A stretch of DNA of 64,000 nucleotides from Mytilus californianus (Eukaryota). Made by a program: the position numbers and the translations under genes. This document shows, in pieces, positions 36,101-47,418 of the stretch (positions are counted from its first letter, which is position 1; each line of letters starts with the position of its first letter). The stretch lies in contig NW_026262734.1 in assembly GCF_021869535.1 (NCBI RefSeq), forward strand, positions 21,762,001 through 21,826,000, written 5' to 3'. Under the pieces are notes generated by a model. It worked only from the letters and a program-made list of their open reading frames with translations, did not search any database and was not told the origin of the DNA.

Positions 36101-38705
36101 AGAGGGACAATTTATGCTATGAATCCCATGTGCATGATCAGGATGGCCATAGAAATAAATCATCAAAGTATAACCATGAAGTTACAGAAGCACTTGGGAC
36201 TTTATTAAGCTTACAGTCCAACAATCATCAAAGTATTACCATGAAGTTACAGAAGCACTTGAGACTTTATTCAACTTACAGTCCAACAATCGTTACATTA
36301 ACATTGTGGTAGTCATACAAAATTCCAACATACCGAAGTTATTTAATTTCCAATATGTGGTTTTGAGAATTAAATGCTACTATAGTTTACCCATGTGCTC
36401 GTGCCTTCATTCTGGTATTATGTTCTTTTACCAGTTCAAGTATAGTGCGGTCTTGTCCTCTGAGCATGCCTATATTCATCAAAGCCAAACCCCATTCTGT
36501 GATATCTACTTCAGCACCGACATCGCACAGAAACTTACAGATGTCGATATTCTTCTTGTCTACAGCCAGAGAAAATGGGCTTTTATGATTCTAAAATTAA
36601 AAAATATCAGTATTCAGTTACTGTATGTTTATACAGTTTAAGTTATTTGAAATACTGAGAGATCCTATGCATCACAGTTACATCGACAGAAATTAATCTA
36701 TTATGACAGTTTTAAGTGCTGATTTGCGGTTTTAAACTGTTTTGTTAACCATACTTGGCTATAATTGCTTACATCCACTTTATTTGAACTTTAGTGGATA
36801 GTTGTCTTATTGTCAATCATACCACATCTTCTTATTTTTATATTGATTCATCGCAAATGTAACTTTCAAGTGGTGCTTAGCATTATCTCTAACCGTGTCT
36901 TATACCAATGCGATTTCGACGTTGTAATATATTATGTTGATACTTACTTTGTCCTTGATATTAAAATCAGCTCCAAAAGCAACCAAGGCAGGCAACACTT
37001 GTAGCTGATTATGTTTAACAGCATAGTAAATTGCAGTTTCTCCTTCCTGTTGGAATAATGAACAAGGTCAGTTTTATAATGAGTAATTCATTCTTTATCT
37101 TGTAAATGCAAAATTACTCAATTATTTTATACTGGTACATAACTTCACTATTGAGATAAGTCATTTCCAACTGACTTTTACAGTTCGTTCTTATGTTATG
37201 CTGTACATCATGTACACCACTGTCCCATGTTAGGGAAGGGTTGAGTACTCACATTCTTTCGTTAATTGAATTGTTATAAATCATGTCGTTCGTTTTCCCG
37301 CTTGAGTTTTTTTTCCATGTCGGGGCCTTTTATAGCTGACTATACGGTATGGGTCTTACGATGACCTATAATTTCTTACTTCAAAGTCATTTGAATTCTG
37401 GTGATCATACCACATTTCCTTATTAAATATTAATATTATGAAACGTTTACATAAAAACTATAAAAAGAGTAAACATTTCTACTTTAAAAAATGTTCCAGA
37501 AAAAAAAAACCTTCTGTAAATTTAATTAGAAAACAAATACTAATAATGTACTTGGTGAAGTAGATCAAGTTCTGTACACTTAACCTTAACAACATTCAAC
37601 AGTGGTGATATAAATAAGTGCAGTGCTCAGTTGTCTGTTTTGCCTAATTTGTATACTTACATGGTTTTTGGCGTCAAAACCTTTTGTCCTGTTCTTATCC
37701 AGCTCACCAATTGCTGTTATTACATCAACGAGACCATTTGATGCAGCATAATGTAGCACTGTGCAACCAGTCTTTAGAATGTGTTAATCAAAATGTAACA
37801 AATAAATACACAAGTAAGTTAGTTGTAATGAAAGTTTAATATTTTCACATCATTCTTATTTCCACTTTCATTCAATATCAACTTCAGTATATATCTTACG
37901 AGCTTTTTTATTGTTCGTCTGGTATTCACCAGTCGCTCCAATTAGTACCAAACTTGTCTTTCTATTAGACTTTATACAAAAGTTTCATTTCAATGTGGTA
38001 CCGTTTAATGTAATAATCAAACAATTTACAAAATATGCAAATAATGAGTATCAAACAGACAACGGGTGATAAATAAATCATCGAACTACGAGTAGTTCTT
38101 TATTCGCTTGTTTTAGATGTTGTAGTTTGAATCTACCATATTGAAACAGCGGTTTTCTTCTTTTTAAACGGATTGACGTGTCAGCAAGAATTACATTTGG
38201 AATTATACAGAAAATGTGGAATATTTAGTTGATCATTAAAACTTGAACCTAAAATTCTCACCTGATCGGTATATTTGACATCAACACTTTGCTGGAGCAA
38301 CAATAAAACCTCTTTCGACTTTTTAGCTTTGACAAACTCTATTAGCCTCTGAAAGATTATAGTTGAATGATGTCACAGCAAAATAATAGATTGTAAAGCA
38401 TGTTCCTACAAAGCTATTTTTTTCGTTTTGTGTCCATTTCAAAATTAAGTCTATTAAACGAACGTTAAACACAATTTGGTCTTTTATTGATTTTCATTTA
38501 CCCCTATAATGTTTGTATTACAGAATAAGTACATGTAATGTGTAAAAATAGTCAGCAAATGATTCAATACTTTTTAAGATACAATGCTTAACACAATCAT
38601 CATCAATATTACATAATTCCACTGCAAACATGTTCATACTTATGTAATGTCCGCAAGCAGGCATATTACCTTTGTGTCTAGATCTGTATCTTGTTTGCTT
38701 GCCAT
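21487..38705 (-). CDS. Spliced gene: ANK repeats-ZU5-ZU5-UPA-Death domain protein (DTHD1/PIDD-like), about 749 aa
   Basis: Exons 38670-38705, 38262-38348, 37661-37771, 36391-36590, 33595-33943, 32932-33123, 31608-31885, 30957-31200, 29602-29908, 29249-29302, 27608-27661, 24705-24743, 21487-21785; all GT-AG, phases consistent, total 2250 nt. Confidence 0.8.
24705..24743 (-). CDS. 39-nt phase 1-1 microexon (DIDTSKRVLKEIT)
   Basis: ttttgcag acceptor, gtgagt donor, frame joins to the DD exon. Confidence 0.75.
27090..27245 (-). mobile_element. tRNA-derived SINE fragment with (TA)n tail
   Basis: B-box gagttcgaatcccagcgagggaag on the minus strand; (TA)n at about 27091-27141. Confidence 0.55.
27608..27661 (-). 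CDS. 54-nt phase 1-1 exon (DDSNGVRAIHQDSYATGE)
   Basis: cttttag acceptor, gtaata donor. Confidence 0.7.
27864..28740 (+). pseudogene. Degraded non-LTR retrotransposon RT (CR1/L2/RTE-X group), intronic and antisense to the host gene
   Basis: DPNNYRPITVLSCFGKLFTSVLNERL, IDFAKTFD, GVSQGENLS, ILYADNTVL...LKVNVSK with stops and frameshifts. Confidence 0.85.
29249..29302 (-). CDS. 54-nt phase 1-1 exon (DGGKGNTATLQINAAVDG)
   Basis: ctttgtag acceptor, gtaatg donor. Confidence 0.75.
29602..29908 (-). CDS. Exon, UPA domain C-terminal part
   Basis: ttcttttag acceptor, gtattc donor; MSFSEDLIV...TGKVYIK...EICLTLPIG. Confidence 0.8.
30957..31200 (-). CDS. Exon, end of ZU5-B / UPA N-terminal part
   Basis: ctacag acceptor, gttaaa donor; (W)NVAVKQPSLF...SFHLVIEW...RCYK. 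Confidence 0.8.
31608..31885 (-). CDS. Exon, ZU5-B domain ending FEVSHFS
   Basis: QPKKPVIMTLPL...GDWQVV...IVFEVSHFS; gtaagc donor. Confidence 0.85.
32932..33123 (-). CDS. Exon, ZU5-A/ZU5-B junction
   Basis: EIFKVQKSGTKIEPKMEPGSCIKISEGTF resembles the ZU5 N-terminal motif; gtatgt donor. Confidence 0.8.
33595..33943 (-). CDS. Exon, diverged ZU5-A region
   Basis: Open frame LIKQKLIHVGKD...QRIFSDIYY...KNP with gtgaga donor; the acceptor choice (AAG at 33944-33946) is inferred. Confidence 0.65.
34580..34980 (+). repeat. Dispersed repeat family A copy (intronic)
   Basis: Near-identical to 17941-18333; a short 3' piece also lies at 56717-56817. Confidence 0.85.
34981..35990 (+). mobile_element. 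Helentron/DINE-like element with internal about 115-135 bp tandem repeats and (GAA)n
   Basis: Five tatatggttta.ggggtgg.gatc units, (GAA)n near 35895-35925, terminal aagtctt...aagactt inverted motif. Confidence 0.7.
36160..36289. repeat. 65-bp tandem duplication
   Basis: tcatcaaagtat.accatgaagttacagaagcacttg at 36160 and 36225. Confidence 0.85.
36391..36590 (-). CDS. Exon, ankyrin repeat
   Basis: NHKSPFSLAVDKKNIDICKFLCDVGAEVD; attttag acceptor, gtaaac donor. Confidence 0.85.
37661..37771 (-). CDS. Exon, ankyrin repeat
   Basis: TGCTVLHYAASNGLVDVITAIG; gtaagt donor. Confidence 0.9.
38262..38348 (-). CDS. Exon, first ankyrin repeat
   Basis: RLIEFVKAKKSKEVLLLLQQSVDVKYTDQ; ctttcag acceptor, gtgaga donor. 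Confidence 0.85.
38670..38705 (-). CDS. First coding exon (MASKQDTDLDTK)
   Basis: tagATGG start, aag|gtaata donor in phase 0. Confidence 0.7.
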
Positions 38706-38856
38706 CTATCATGTACGTCTTGAGTACACATGTAAACTACTGGATACAAACTACTTGTTTAATACCTGTTTGGTATATGAAAAAAAACTTATATGAATAC
38801 CTTGGGTGAATAATTTCAAATGACTTTTTACCAATCTCAGATTCAAACACGAATAC

Positions 38857-38940
38857 GAACACATCAGACCAGACATATATACGAACTCATCAGACCAGAC
38901 ATATATACGAACACATCAGACCAGACATATATACGAACAC
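38857..38940. repeat. 26-bp minisatellite, 3 copies
   Basis: gaacacatcagaccagacatatatac x3. Confidence 0.9.
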
Positions 38941-39478
38941 TTAAGGTATAGCTTCAGCAATAAGAATTCCAAATCAATATCAAGATCGATATATGTTGCT
39001 CCGGAAAGTTAAGTATGTCATATTTGTTTAGCGTGCGACAATCGTGGTATTGCCCAGTTGTATACGCTGATAATATAAGTTGATGCTATTTTTAATATAA
39101 AAGCAGTTGATTCCTGCACCTTTTATAGAGGTATTTCTCATCAAAACATCTTTGCATCATTAAAAAGAATTGCCAGGTAGAGATACCAATATAATTTTGA
39201 GAAAGGGACAAAAAATACGTTGCAATTTATTCTAGAAAAAAAATGCTTAAAACTGGCATCGTCTAGATGCTTGATTTTCGGTTGACATAGCATATCTGTT
39301 ACATTTGATGGAATTTTTTTTATATTAAATATTCTGCACTCTTGCGAATACCGATTGTGCTGAATGAAATGAGACTAGCATTATTCGCTTATTTCACATT
39401 CCGCAGTGTAGAAGATGACTTAATTTAAGTATTGTGACGAACTTTATCTCAACTATCTCACTGAACTTTAATAATAAT

Positions 39479-40915
39479 AAACTAGAGGCTCTAAAGAAAC
39501 TGTATGCTCACCTAGCTAGGTCTATGTGCACCTTCCACAATGGACCTTCTCCAACATTGTGGATTAAAATAGAAATCATGACAAAAATCTCTTTTATTGT
39601 TGATCTTGTTTGCTGATCAGTTTAACAGTTTATAGTTTCTCTCTATCGTCTTTATTTTTTGCCAAAAAACACAAAAAATGTTAAACAATAAGTCTTTTAA
39701 GGGCTTCCTATAAAGAGTCTTCTAACGATTTCGGCAAAATTTGAATTATTTTTAGATCTTGTTTTGCTGGTCAGTTTTGTTATTTAAAGTGTCTATCTGT
39801 CTTATATTGTTTTCAAGATAATAGGCAAAAACGTAAAATATTGGTAAAAGTCGTCATTTGAAAGCAAAAATTCCCAACAAGGAGTCAACTGACGATTTCC
39901 GCTATGTTGACTTATTTGTAGATCAAATGGTGATGATGATGGAAGTGTTTAACGACCTTGACTGGCTTTACAGCCCTCGCACGGTCGGTAAACATCAAAT
40001 GGTAAGCAATCGTTATTAAAAGATTACAACTCCAATAAGCGGCCACCAAAAGATTTCAACCATGTTAATTTATTTTATAGATCTTGTCGACCTGCAAATC
40101 AATTTATCTTCTTTATGTTTCTATTTATCTTTTATTGTTTTCAGATATTCAGCAAATACGCAAAAAAAATGGTAAAAATTTTCATTAAAGGGCAATAACT
40201 CCAATAAGGATCGTCAGATGATTTCAACAATGTAATTTTTTTGTAGATCTTGTCTTGCTTATCAATTTAGCTTATTAAGGTTCTATCTACATGTATTTTA
40301 GTTTTTTTTTCAGATAATTGGCAAAAACGCATAAAAATTATAAAAAATCGTCATTAAAGGGCAATAACTCGAATAAGGAGTCGTTTGACGATTTCGGCCA
40401 TGTTGACTTATTTGCAGATATTGTCTGGCTGATCATTTTTGCTTTTAATTTTTTTTCTCTCTATCTTTAATACTTTCCAAGATAATAGGTAAAAATGAAA
40501 AAAAATTGAGAAAGAAAAAACGTTATTTAAGGGCAATAATTCTTATAATAAGTCGTCTGGCAAATTTGATGTAAATAGACAATAGGTAGATCTCATCATT
40601 CTGAACATGTCTGCTCCTGTCAAATTTTCTCTGTTCATAGCGGTTTTCGATATAATAGATATAGCTTGCATTTTACCCCTATGTTCTATTTTTAGCCATG
40701 TCGGCCATGTTGATTGGCAAGCAGAGTCATCGGACACCTTTTTTAAAATAGATAAACTAATGATGATTGTGACTACTAAGCTTTTGGTTAAATTTTGCCC
40801 AGTAGCTTCAGAGGAGAAGATTTTTGTAAAAGTAAAGGACGACGACGGACGACGGACGACGGACACCAAGTCATGAGAAAAGCTCACTTGGCCCTTTGGG
40901 CCATGTGAGCTAAAT
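39479..40915. mobile_element. Helentron/DINE-like element(s) with about 165-170 bp internal tandem repeats
   Basis: aagggcaataactc motif recurs; (GACG)-type microsatellite and gctcacttggccctttgggccatgtgagc hairpin at the right end. Confidence 0.7.
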
Positions 40916-41629
40916 AGGATATCATCTTGATATACACCTAGAAACCGATAGTGAAATGCCAAACATAAAGAATATACCACAGTTGTAAGGTTTGCTTATA
41001 TCAAGACTTACACCTAAAACTTGACAGTGGGTGTCAGCTTATAACGACACTTAAAAAACGTGACTTCAACTTTCCGATTGTAAAAATAAGAAAGAAATTA
41101 TACGTTGTATAATACAAAATTCACATGACACAAAAATACTATACACAATAGACAAACTATACAATAGGTAAATTTGTTGTTCTCCATCTCAAAGTTACAC
41201 TGAGGTCTCAAACACGGTACAAATTCACACTTTTGGGGTAACATCATGATTTGGTTGACCGTTGTGTAATATTATTGTAACATTTGTTTATTTTTGTATT
41301 TTGTAAAGTACGATGCTCATGCAGGAATTTGTATTTGATTGATAGCAAAAAGCTATACACTTGATATAATATCGGTTTTGGTGTTGTGTTTCCTACTTAT
41401 TCATTATGAGATAACAGTTTTTCATTTTCTACGTAAGATCATGCAAAGTTTTAATGCAATATACATGATATATCTATGCTTTCATTAATTGTTATGGTGT
41501 TCATAAAAACCGCGTGAGATTGTTAGCAGCTTAAAATGTACGAATGAAAATAAATTACTGTGAACTTTAGTACTTTAGGACTTGTTGAAAAAGATCATAG
41601 TGTTAAATAAATTACTGTGAACTTTAGAA

Positions 41630-42019
41630 ATTTCCAATAGAAACTGGAAGATGGCAAAACATAGAAAGAGAAAACAGAAAATGTGTATTGTGTAATTCAG
41701 ATGCCATTGGTGATGAATACCATTACATTTTTAATTGTTCAGCTTTTGATAACTGTAGAAAACAATGTATTGCATTTTACTATAGAAATAGACCAAACAC
41801 ATTGAAGTTTTATGACTTAATGAATTCTAAAAAATGTACAGAACTGAACGAACTATGAAACTTATTAAGGAGATCAATAACAAATTGAACTTTTCTGGGT
41901 GAAGAATTGTGAATGCCTCTATCTACTTTCGTACATTATTTATTTATGTAATTGTATTGAAATATGTATAATTATCTCTATACCTTTGTAATTTGGTTTG
42001 TGAGAATAAAGATATATAG
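41630..42019 (+). mobile_element. 5'-truncated LINE 3' end with a long target duplication
   Basis: IGDEYHYIFNCSAFDNCRKQ...NRPNTLKFYDLMNS, AATAAA at 42005, 35-bp direct repeat at 41568-41602 and 42017-42051. Confidence 0.75.
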
Positions 42020-43316
42020 TACTTTAGGACTTGTTGAAAAAGATCATAGTGCCAAATAAATTTTGTTGAAATTACTCATTCCTCTTAATTTCATTAAGAT
42101 TGGGAACTTTTCGATATAGGGCAAAAGTAATTCATTATCCCTGAAAAGCCCGTGGTATTTTTTTTTTAAATTGAGAAAAATTAAAAATAAAAAAATCTAT
42201 TTTTTCAACTGCCATAAACAAAATAAATATTACATACCATTTCCTGTTTCACAATTATAAATCCAATTGCAAAAATCAAACAAATAGATAAAGCAGTACT
42301 GAAATCTTCAGTCACTATGATTTTTAACACGTTCTTTTGTTCCATAATACGTTTTATGTAAATTGAACTATATATATTGATATAAAATTGTTTACCCCGT
42401 CATATGTCTTTTTTTTTGATAAATTAAATTTTACAGGTCAAAGTTTCACGTATGTTCTAGTCAAGTTAAACGCTTGCACCTAATAAACGTATGAGCATCG
42501 ATTATAAGTCTAAACTGTGAAGTATAATATTTATTGTTACACGAGATTTATTAAATTAAAGTTATTGCATATTTGGTTTACCAAAGCGTTTTGATTGATT
42601 TTTGGAAATATGCTGGCCTCCACTGAGCACATATCAGTACTTCCTTGTTTCACCATTTACTTGTAAATCCCTACATTACCAGATACTTGATTTGATCTTT
42701 GTTCGGTTTAAAAATTTTCCATGAGTCAGTAGGGAGAAATTTTGATTTTTTATTTTGTTTCCACTGAGTCTCTCCTAAGTACTTGTTAGTGTGTCTCTTC
42801 AACATTATTTTTCTTTCCTAATACGGCTGAATTTAGATTTCTGTTTCACGAATATATGAAATTACATCCGTAACTTTACAACATCTCTCTATTCATTTGA
42901 ACTCCTAGTTATTCGTTATTCTACGAATTGTGCTCTTGATAATGTAAAAATATGTATTAGCAGGTGTAATAACCGCAACGGAGATCACTTCTCATGTGGC
43001 CATATATTTATATTTATTTAACTTGACATATGGTGTCCATGTTTTCTGTCAGTGAGGAGATTGTGGTAGACCAGAGGGTAGATTTGAATTTAAAGGTTTG
43101 CAGGTATTTCCATTCCAATTTAATATCTTACTTGATTAACATTTTTTCTTTTCTGAAAGTTGAGCCTTCAGACAGTGAGTTCCATATAAAACATGGGTGC
43201 AGAATTTTAAGGGAGGGCATCTGAGGCTGAGCTACACCCAGCAATGTTTCACTATCTAAAATGTGATTGTTTAATATAAATCTCAGAGCTTTTTCCTAAA
43301 TGTTTATCTGTTTTAC

Positions 43317-43342
43317 CAGAGACATAGTATTATATGTCTCTG
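43317..43342. other. 26-bp palindromic insert with 7-bp TSD (gttttac); putative P-type transposon excision footprint
   Basis: gttttac-CAGAGACATAGTATTATATGTCTCTG-gttttac. Confidence 0.65.
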
Positions 43343-43595
43343 GTTTTACTTACAATTGATTCACTACAGAATGCCATGAAAGGAGTTCAGGACGCAAATT
43401 ACTTGAAAATTTGACCGATATATAAAATTTGTGAAAAAATCGTCAAATTGGTTTAGTGGTAATAGTAGTAGAATGATATGTCTGCGACTTAGAGCTTCTA
43501 AAAGGGCAACTTGTCTATTGTTCAAGCTCAACGCACACACTAGCGTAGTAACTGTAATGAAATCAAACTGCATGTAATATATATGTTGTGTACAA

Positions 43596-44100
43596 ATTGT
43601 AATGTTGTACAAATTATAATTTGTACAGAAGTTTTGTACAAGTTATCAGTATTTTATGAACCGCATAACACAAATGGATGATACAAGCACACAGTCTTTT
43701 GTTTCCGATATTTCTGTCATATTTCCATGACTACATGATACAGTCTAATACTGAGCATTGATACAAAAAAAACTTATAAGAAAACAAACAGACTTTTTAT
43801 GGATATGATTTTGGTATAAGGAGAAAAATAAAAATAGAATTTAAATTATTCAGGTGTCCTCATTTCCTGTTTTAGGACAAGGAAAATAGCACTAAATCAG
43901 TGTTTGGTTGAAGCAGAGACATGTGTATATATGTCTCTGGTTGAAGTATAAAAATTTGAATTTAAGACATTAAGCTGATAAATTTTCACTTAAATTTTAG
44001 AAGATAATCTTGTATCACCTGGTACAAAAAGGTATGTGTTCAAAAACTTATAACTTGTACAAAAACACTGTACAAATTACAATTTGTACAAACTTACAAT
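43596..44100. mobile_element. MITE-like element with about 51-bp imperfect TIRs
   Basis: 43596-43646 is the approximate reverse complement of 44050-44100. Confidence 0.6.
43914..43939. other. 26-bp palindromic insert with 7-bp TSD (gttgaag); putative excision footprint
   Basis: gttgaag-CAGAGACATGTGTATATATGTCTCTG-gttgaag. Confidence 0.65.
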
Positions 44101-44125
44101 ATATATATAAGAAAAGTTGAAATAC

Positions 44126-44145
44126 CAGAGACATATATGTCTCTG
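44126..44145. other. 20-bp palindromic insert with 6(7)-bp TSD; putative excision footprint
   Basis: gaaatac-CAGAGACATATATGTCTCTG-aaatac. Confidence 0.6.
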
Positions 44146-45640
44146 AAATACGAATACTCGTTTCTCTTCTCTCTTCCTAAACGTCCCGTTGATACACAGA
44201 GAAAATCCATCTATCTATTTTAAGATTCAATTATCAGGTGTTGTCGATTGTTTAAAATGGCACATCTAACATGGGTTCTTTATAGCTGATAGTTCAAACC
44301 AATAATATCAACTAAATAAGCATGGGTAAGCATATACATAAAAAGCAAAAGACTTCATCTGCATGTTCATTAATTTTATACAAATAAATGAAATAAATAA
44401 AACTAAAAAGGGCATGCAAATATAATGCAAGCAGATATATATAGCTTACTTGATTTCTAATATTCCAAGGTCAATGTTCTCAGAATAGAGGAAATATAAT
44501 AAAAATACTAGCAAAACTTAAAACCATTATAAAGTAAAATGAATAAAGTATAATAATTAAGCACTCAGGTGCCATATAATACATATTTTCAACAGGTTTG
44601 AATATTCTGGCAAGTTAATTGTGCATGAAATAAACTTGTTAAAAAACAATATTGTTGAACATTGGTTTGCTAGAGGAGTTTGTCATTTGAGACTTGAATA
44701 TCTCAAGTGATTAAGCTCTGCATGCACATGGCCAACTATTTTCCTCAGTGTAAGCCAGTACGAGTTATCGCGCATGATTTTAATTTCTTATCCAAAGATC
44801 AGTCTTTTCTGTGTGTGATAACATATCAAGACAGTATGCATACCTGTGAACTGACCTGTATTCTGCGGGTAACACCCATGAATTTCCCCTTCCACACAGG
44901 ATTTTTTTAATACAGGCCAGGTATTCAAATAACTTTGGATTACAGAAAATGACTTGTTTTCACCCGTATTTCATGGTAAGTGGTTATTTTGAAAATAGAA
45001 ATAAGACTTTTTGTATTTCTGTTCCACTATTTTACTGTGTCAATGTGTGTTGTGTCATAATATTATAATGCTTGTGTTGCACTAATATATATGTTTTCTT
45101 CTTCTAGTTAACTTTTGATGTTGATGTATTTTCAGTTGCTGTTGCTAGAACATTTCCACAAGCAAGACTAATTAGAAACAAGTTTTAACATATTGAGTTC
45201 AAGGTTTATTTAAGTAAGTGTTTAAATATTTAAGATAAAGTATTCTTTTAAAGAAACAAAGGAATGCTAAGTACTCAAGGAAGAATTCTTGAGATTTTGA
45301 ATTGTGAGAAAACCTCACTCACTCACATGTAGATATTATGTTTGTGATGCTTTTGAAATAGAGAAAAAATGTCTTTGGTTGAAATGATTGAGCTTATATA
45401 GAATTGATATTATTTTTCTCATAAGGTGTCAGTGAATTGCTTTATTATTTTAAAATTAGCAAAATTATCTCCCCTGATATTTCTAATCAATTTTGCTTTT
45501 GAGTGATTTAGAGTCGCTATACATGTATTTTATTCACCCCACTGCCATTGGTTTATAATCTGAAAGATTGAAGATTCTTGATACACAAAAATGCACAAAT
45601 TCAGTTAAAATCAAAACTTAGTACTGTCACATAATCATTG

Positions 45641-45867
45641 ACTGTAAATTCAGAAATTATTGCAAGGTTTTTATAAATGCAAATAATTTGACTTTGTGAT
45701 TAACATGTTTAATGCAATAATAAGAACTCATGTTCTGATATCTGATGCATATATCTGTATGTAGATTTTTCTGAAATCACAATAATTAATCTGCAATATT
45801 AATGATATTTGTCCATTCTTCAAAAATTGCAATTTTAAATACATGCAATAATTTCTAAATTTACAGT
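45641..45867. mobile_element. MITE, Tc1/mariner-like ends
   Basis: 24-bp TIR actgtaaattcagaaattattgca with 1 mismatch. Confidence 0.75.
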
Positions 45868-46564
45868 TTTTAATAACATGAATAAGAGGTCAGTTTAATA
45901 ATAGAAGTGTAGGTTTATTGTTATAATTAAATGTGAGAATTTATGTCAAATCAGTGAACATAAATTTGACAAGTAAAGCCCACTTTTTTTACTGAAATCA
46001 AGCATTATTTCTAAATTCAGATCTTGTAAACTTTAAATGACCTACAATCATATTACTGAGTGTAAGAATGCACACAGTGGAGTAAAGTAGCTATCAAAGT
46101 CCCAATGCAATTCCTTAAACAAATTTACATGATTGTATAGGTCACTAAATAGCTGTGATCTAACAGAAAACATTAAAACTTAATCAAAGTAAATGCAGCG
46201 TAAAATATTGGTCAGAATGAACTACTTTTTGTTGGAGGCTTTTATCATGCTTTATATACTCCTCAATTTGCATATTAACATTAAGTTATATGAATGTAGG
46301 TACATTTTGATTTATATACACCAGATGTGCATTTCGACAACAAATGTTTTTTCAGTGATACTATTCTTGAGGCCAAAATATTTCAAAACCCAAACCTTAT
46401 ATGAAAAATTGAAGAGCTGGTCAAACCAAAACAAAATGTATAGCCAAAGACAGTAACTGTAATCTGAATTTAAAATAAAAATCTTAATCAAAGTCTTAAA
46501 TAAAGCATTAAATATCTGTTGTAGTATTTGCTGAACCAAGTTCTCTCACTATGTTAGTCAAGGG

Positions 46565-46845
46565 GGGTCTTTTGGTCCATAGTGGACGGATGGTCTAAGA
46601 AGTTTATCTACTGTATCACTAGCTATATATATATAGCCTGTCAACAATGAGGTTGTGCATCGAACATCGCTCATGGCCGGTGTGTTCCACTTCAATCTTT
46701 ATTTACTTGGATTCTTAGTTTTACTGGTGAAGGCTGATGGTTTTCTCCAGGGTCTCTGACTTCCTCCACCAAAAAAAAAATGACCACCACAATATAGCAA
46801 TTAATAGTGCTGAAAGTGGCATTAAACACCAACAATCAATCAATC
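46565..46845 (+). mobile_element. tRNA-derived SINE (V/Meta-type body)
   Basis: ggttttctccagggtctctgacttcctccacc core and gaaagtggcattaaacacc(aatc)n tail. Confidence 0.6.
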
Positions 46846-46925
46846 ATATGCATGTGTTCATTCAGACATTGATTTAAGATATCAAATGGAAACCATTTTG
46901 TCATCGAAACTTTTTTGCAGGTAAA

Positions 46926-47173
46926 ATGGAGGACAATAACCATTGGCAGATTGGCAAGTCTGTTTTGGAACGTAATGAACATATGCTGACCAATCAGGTG
47001 ATGTGTGATGTTACCTTCATAGTAGGACATGATCAGTCTCCTATTAAAGCACATAAATACATGTTAGCCAGCAGTAGTCCTGTATTCTTTAACATGTTTA
47101 ATGGAGCAGTGGCTGAGAAAGGCAATGTGAGAATTCCAGACGTAAAGGCTGATGTCTTTAATGAACTACTACA
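46926..47173 (+). CDS. BTB-BACK-PHR protein (BTBD1/2/3/6 family), coding exon 1, BTB domain
   Basis: CDVTFIVG...IKAHKYMLASSSPVFFNMF...IPDV; acceptor ttttgcag at 46920, donor ca|gtatgt. Confidence 0.92.
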
Positions 47174-47200
47174 GTATGTATAGATAAGTGATAGAGTTTA

Positions 47201-47418
47201 CTGTAAACCAACTAATTTTTGAAAGCGATTTATTTTAGTGACTTTCGCGAGTAGAAAAATAACGTGAATATAAATCGTCGTAAATATGTAAAACTTGGAT
47301 CTTTTCTTACTTAATTACATTAAGCAAATTTGAAAATCGCAAAATTAAATCTCCGCTGAATGGTCTAGTAATGGCTAAACGCAAAATAAAGTATCCGCGA
47401 AAATAAGTTGGTTTACAG
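47201..47418. mobile_element. 218-bp Tc1/mariner-type MITE with TA TSD
   Basis: TA-ctgtaaaccaact...agttggtttacag-TA. Confidence 0.8.

Noticed and set aside
38518-38712. 64-aa ORF MIDGKQ...
   Set aside because: The overlapping frame MASKQDTDLDTK splices in phase to the ankyrin exons; the listed frame does not.
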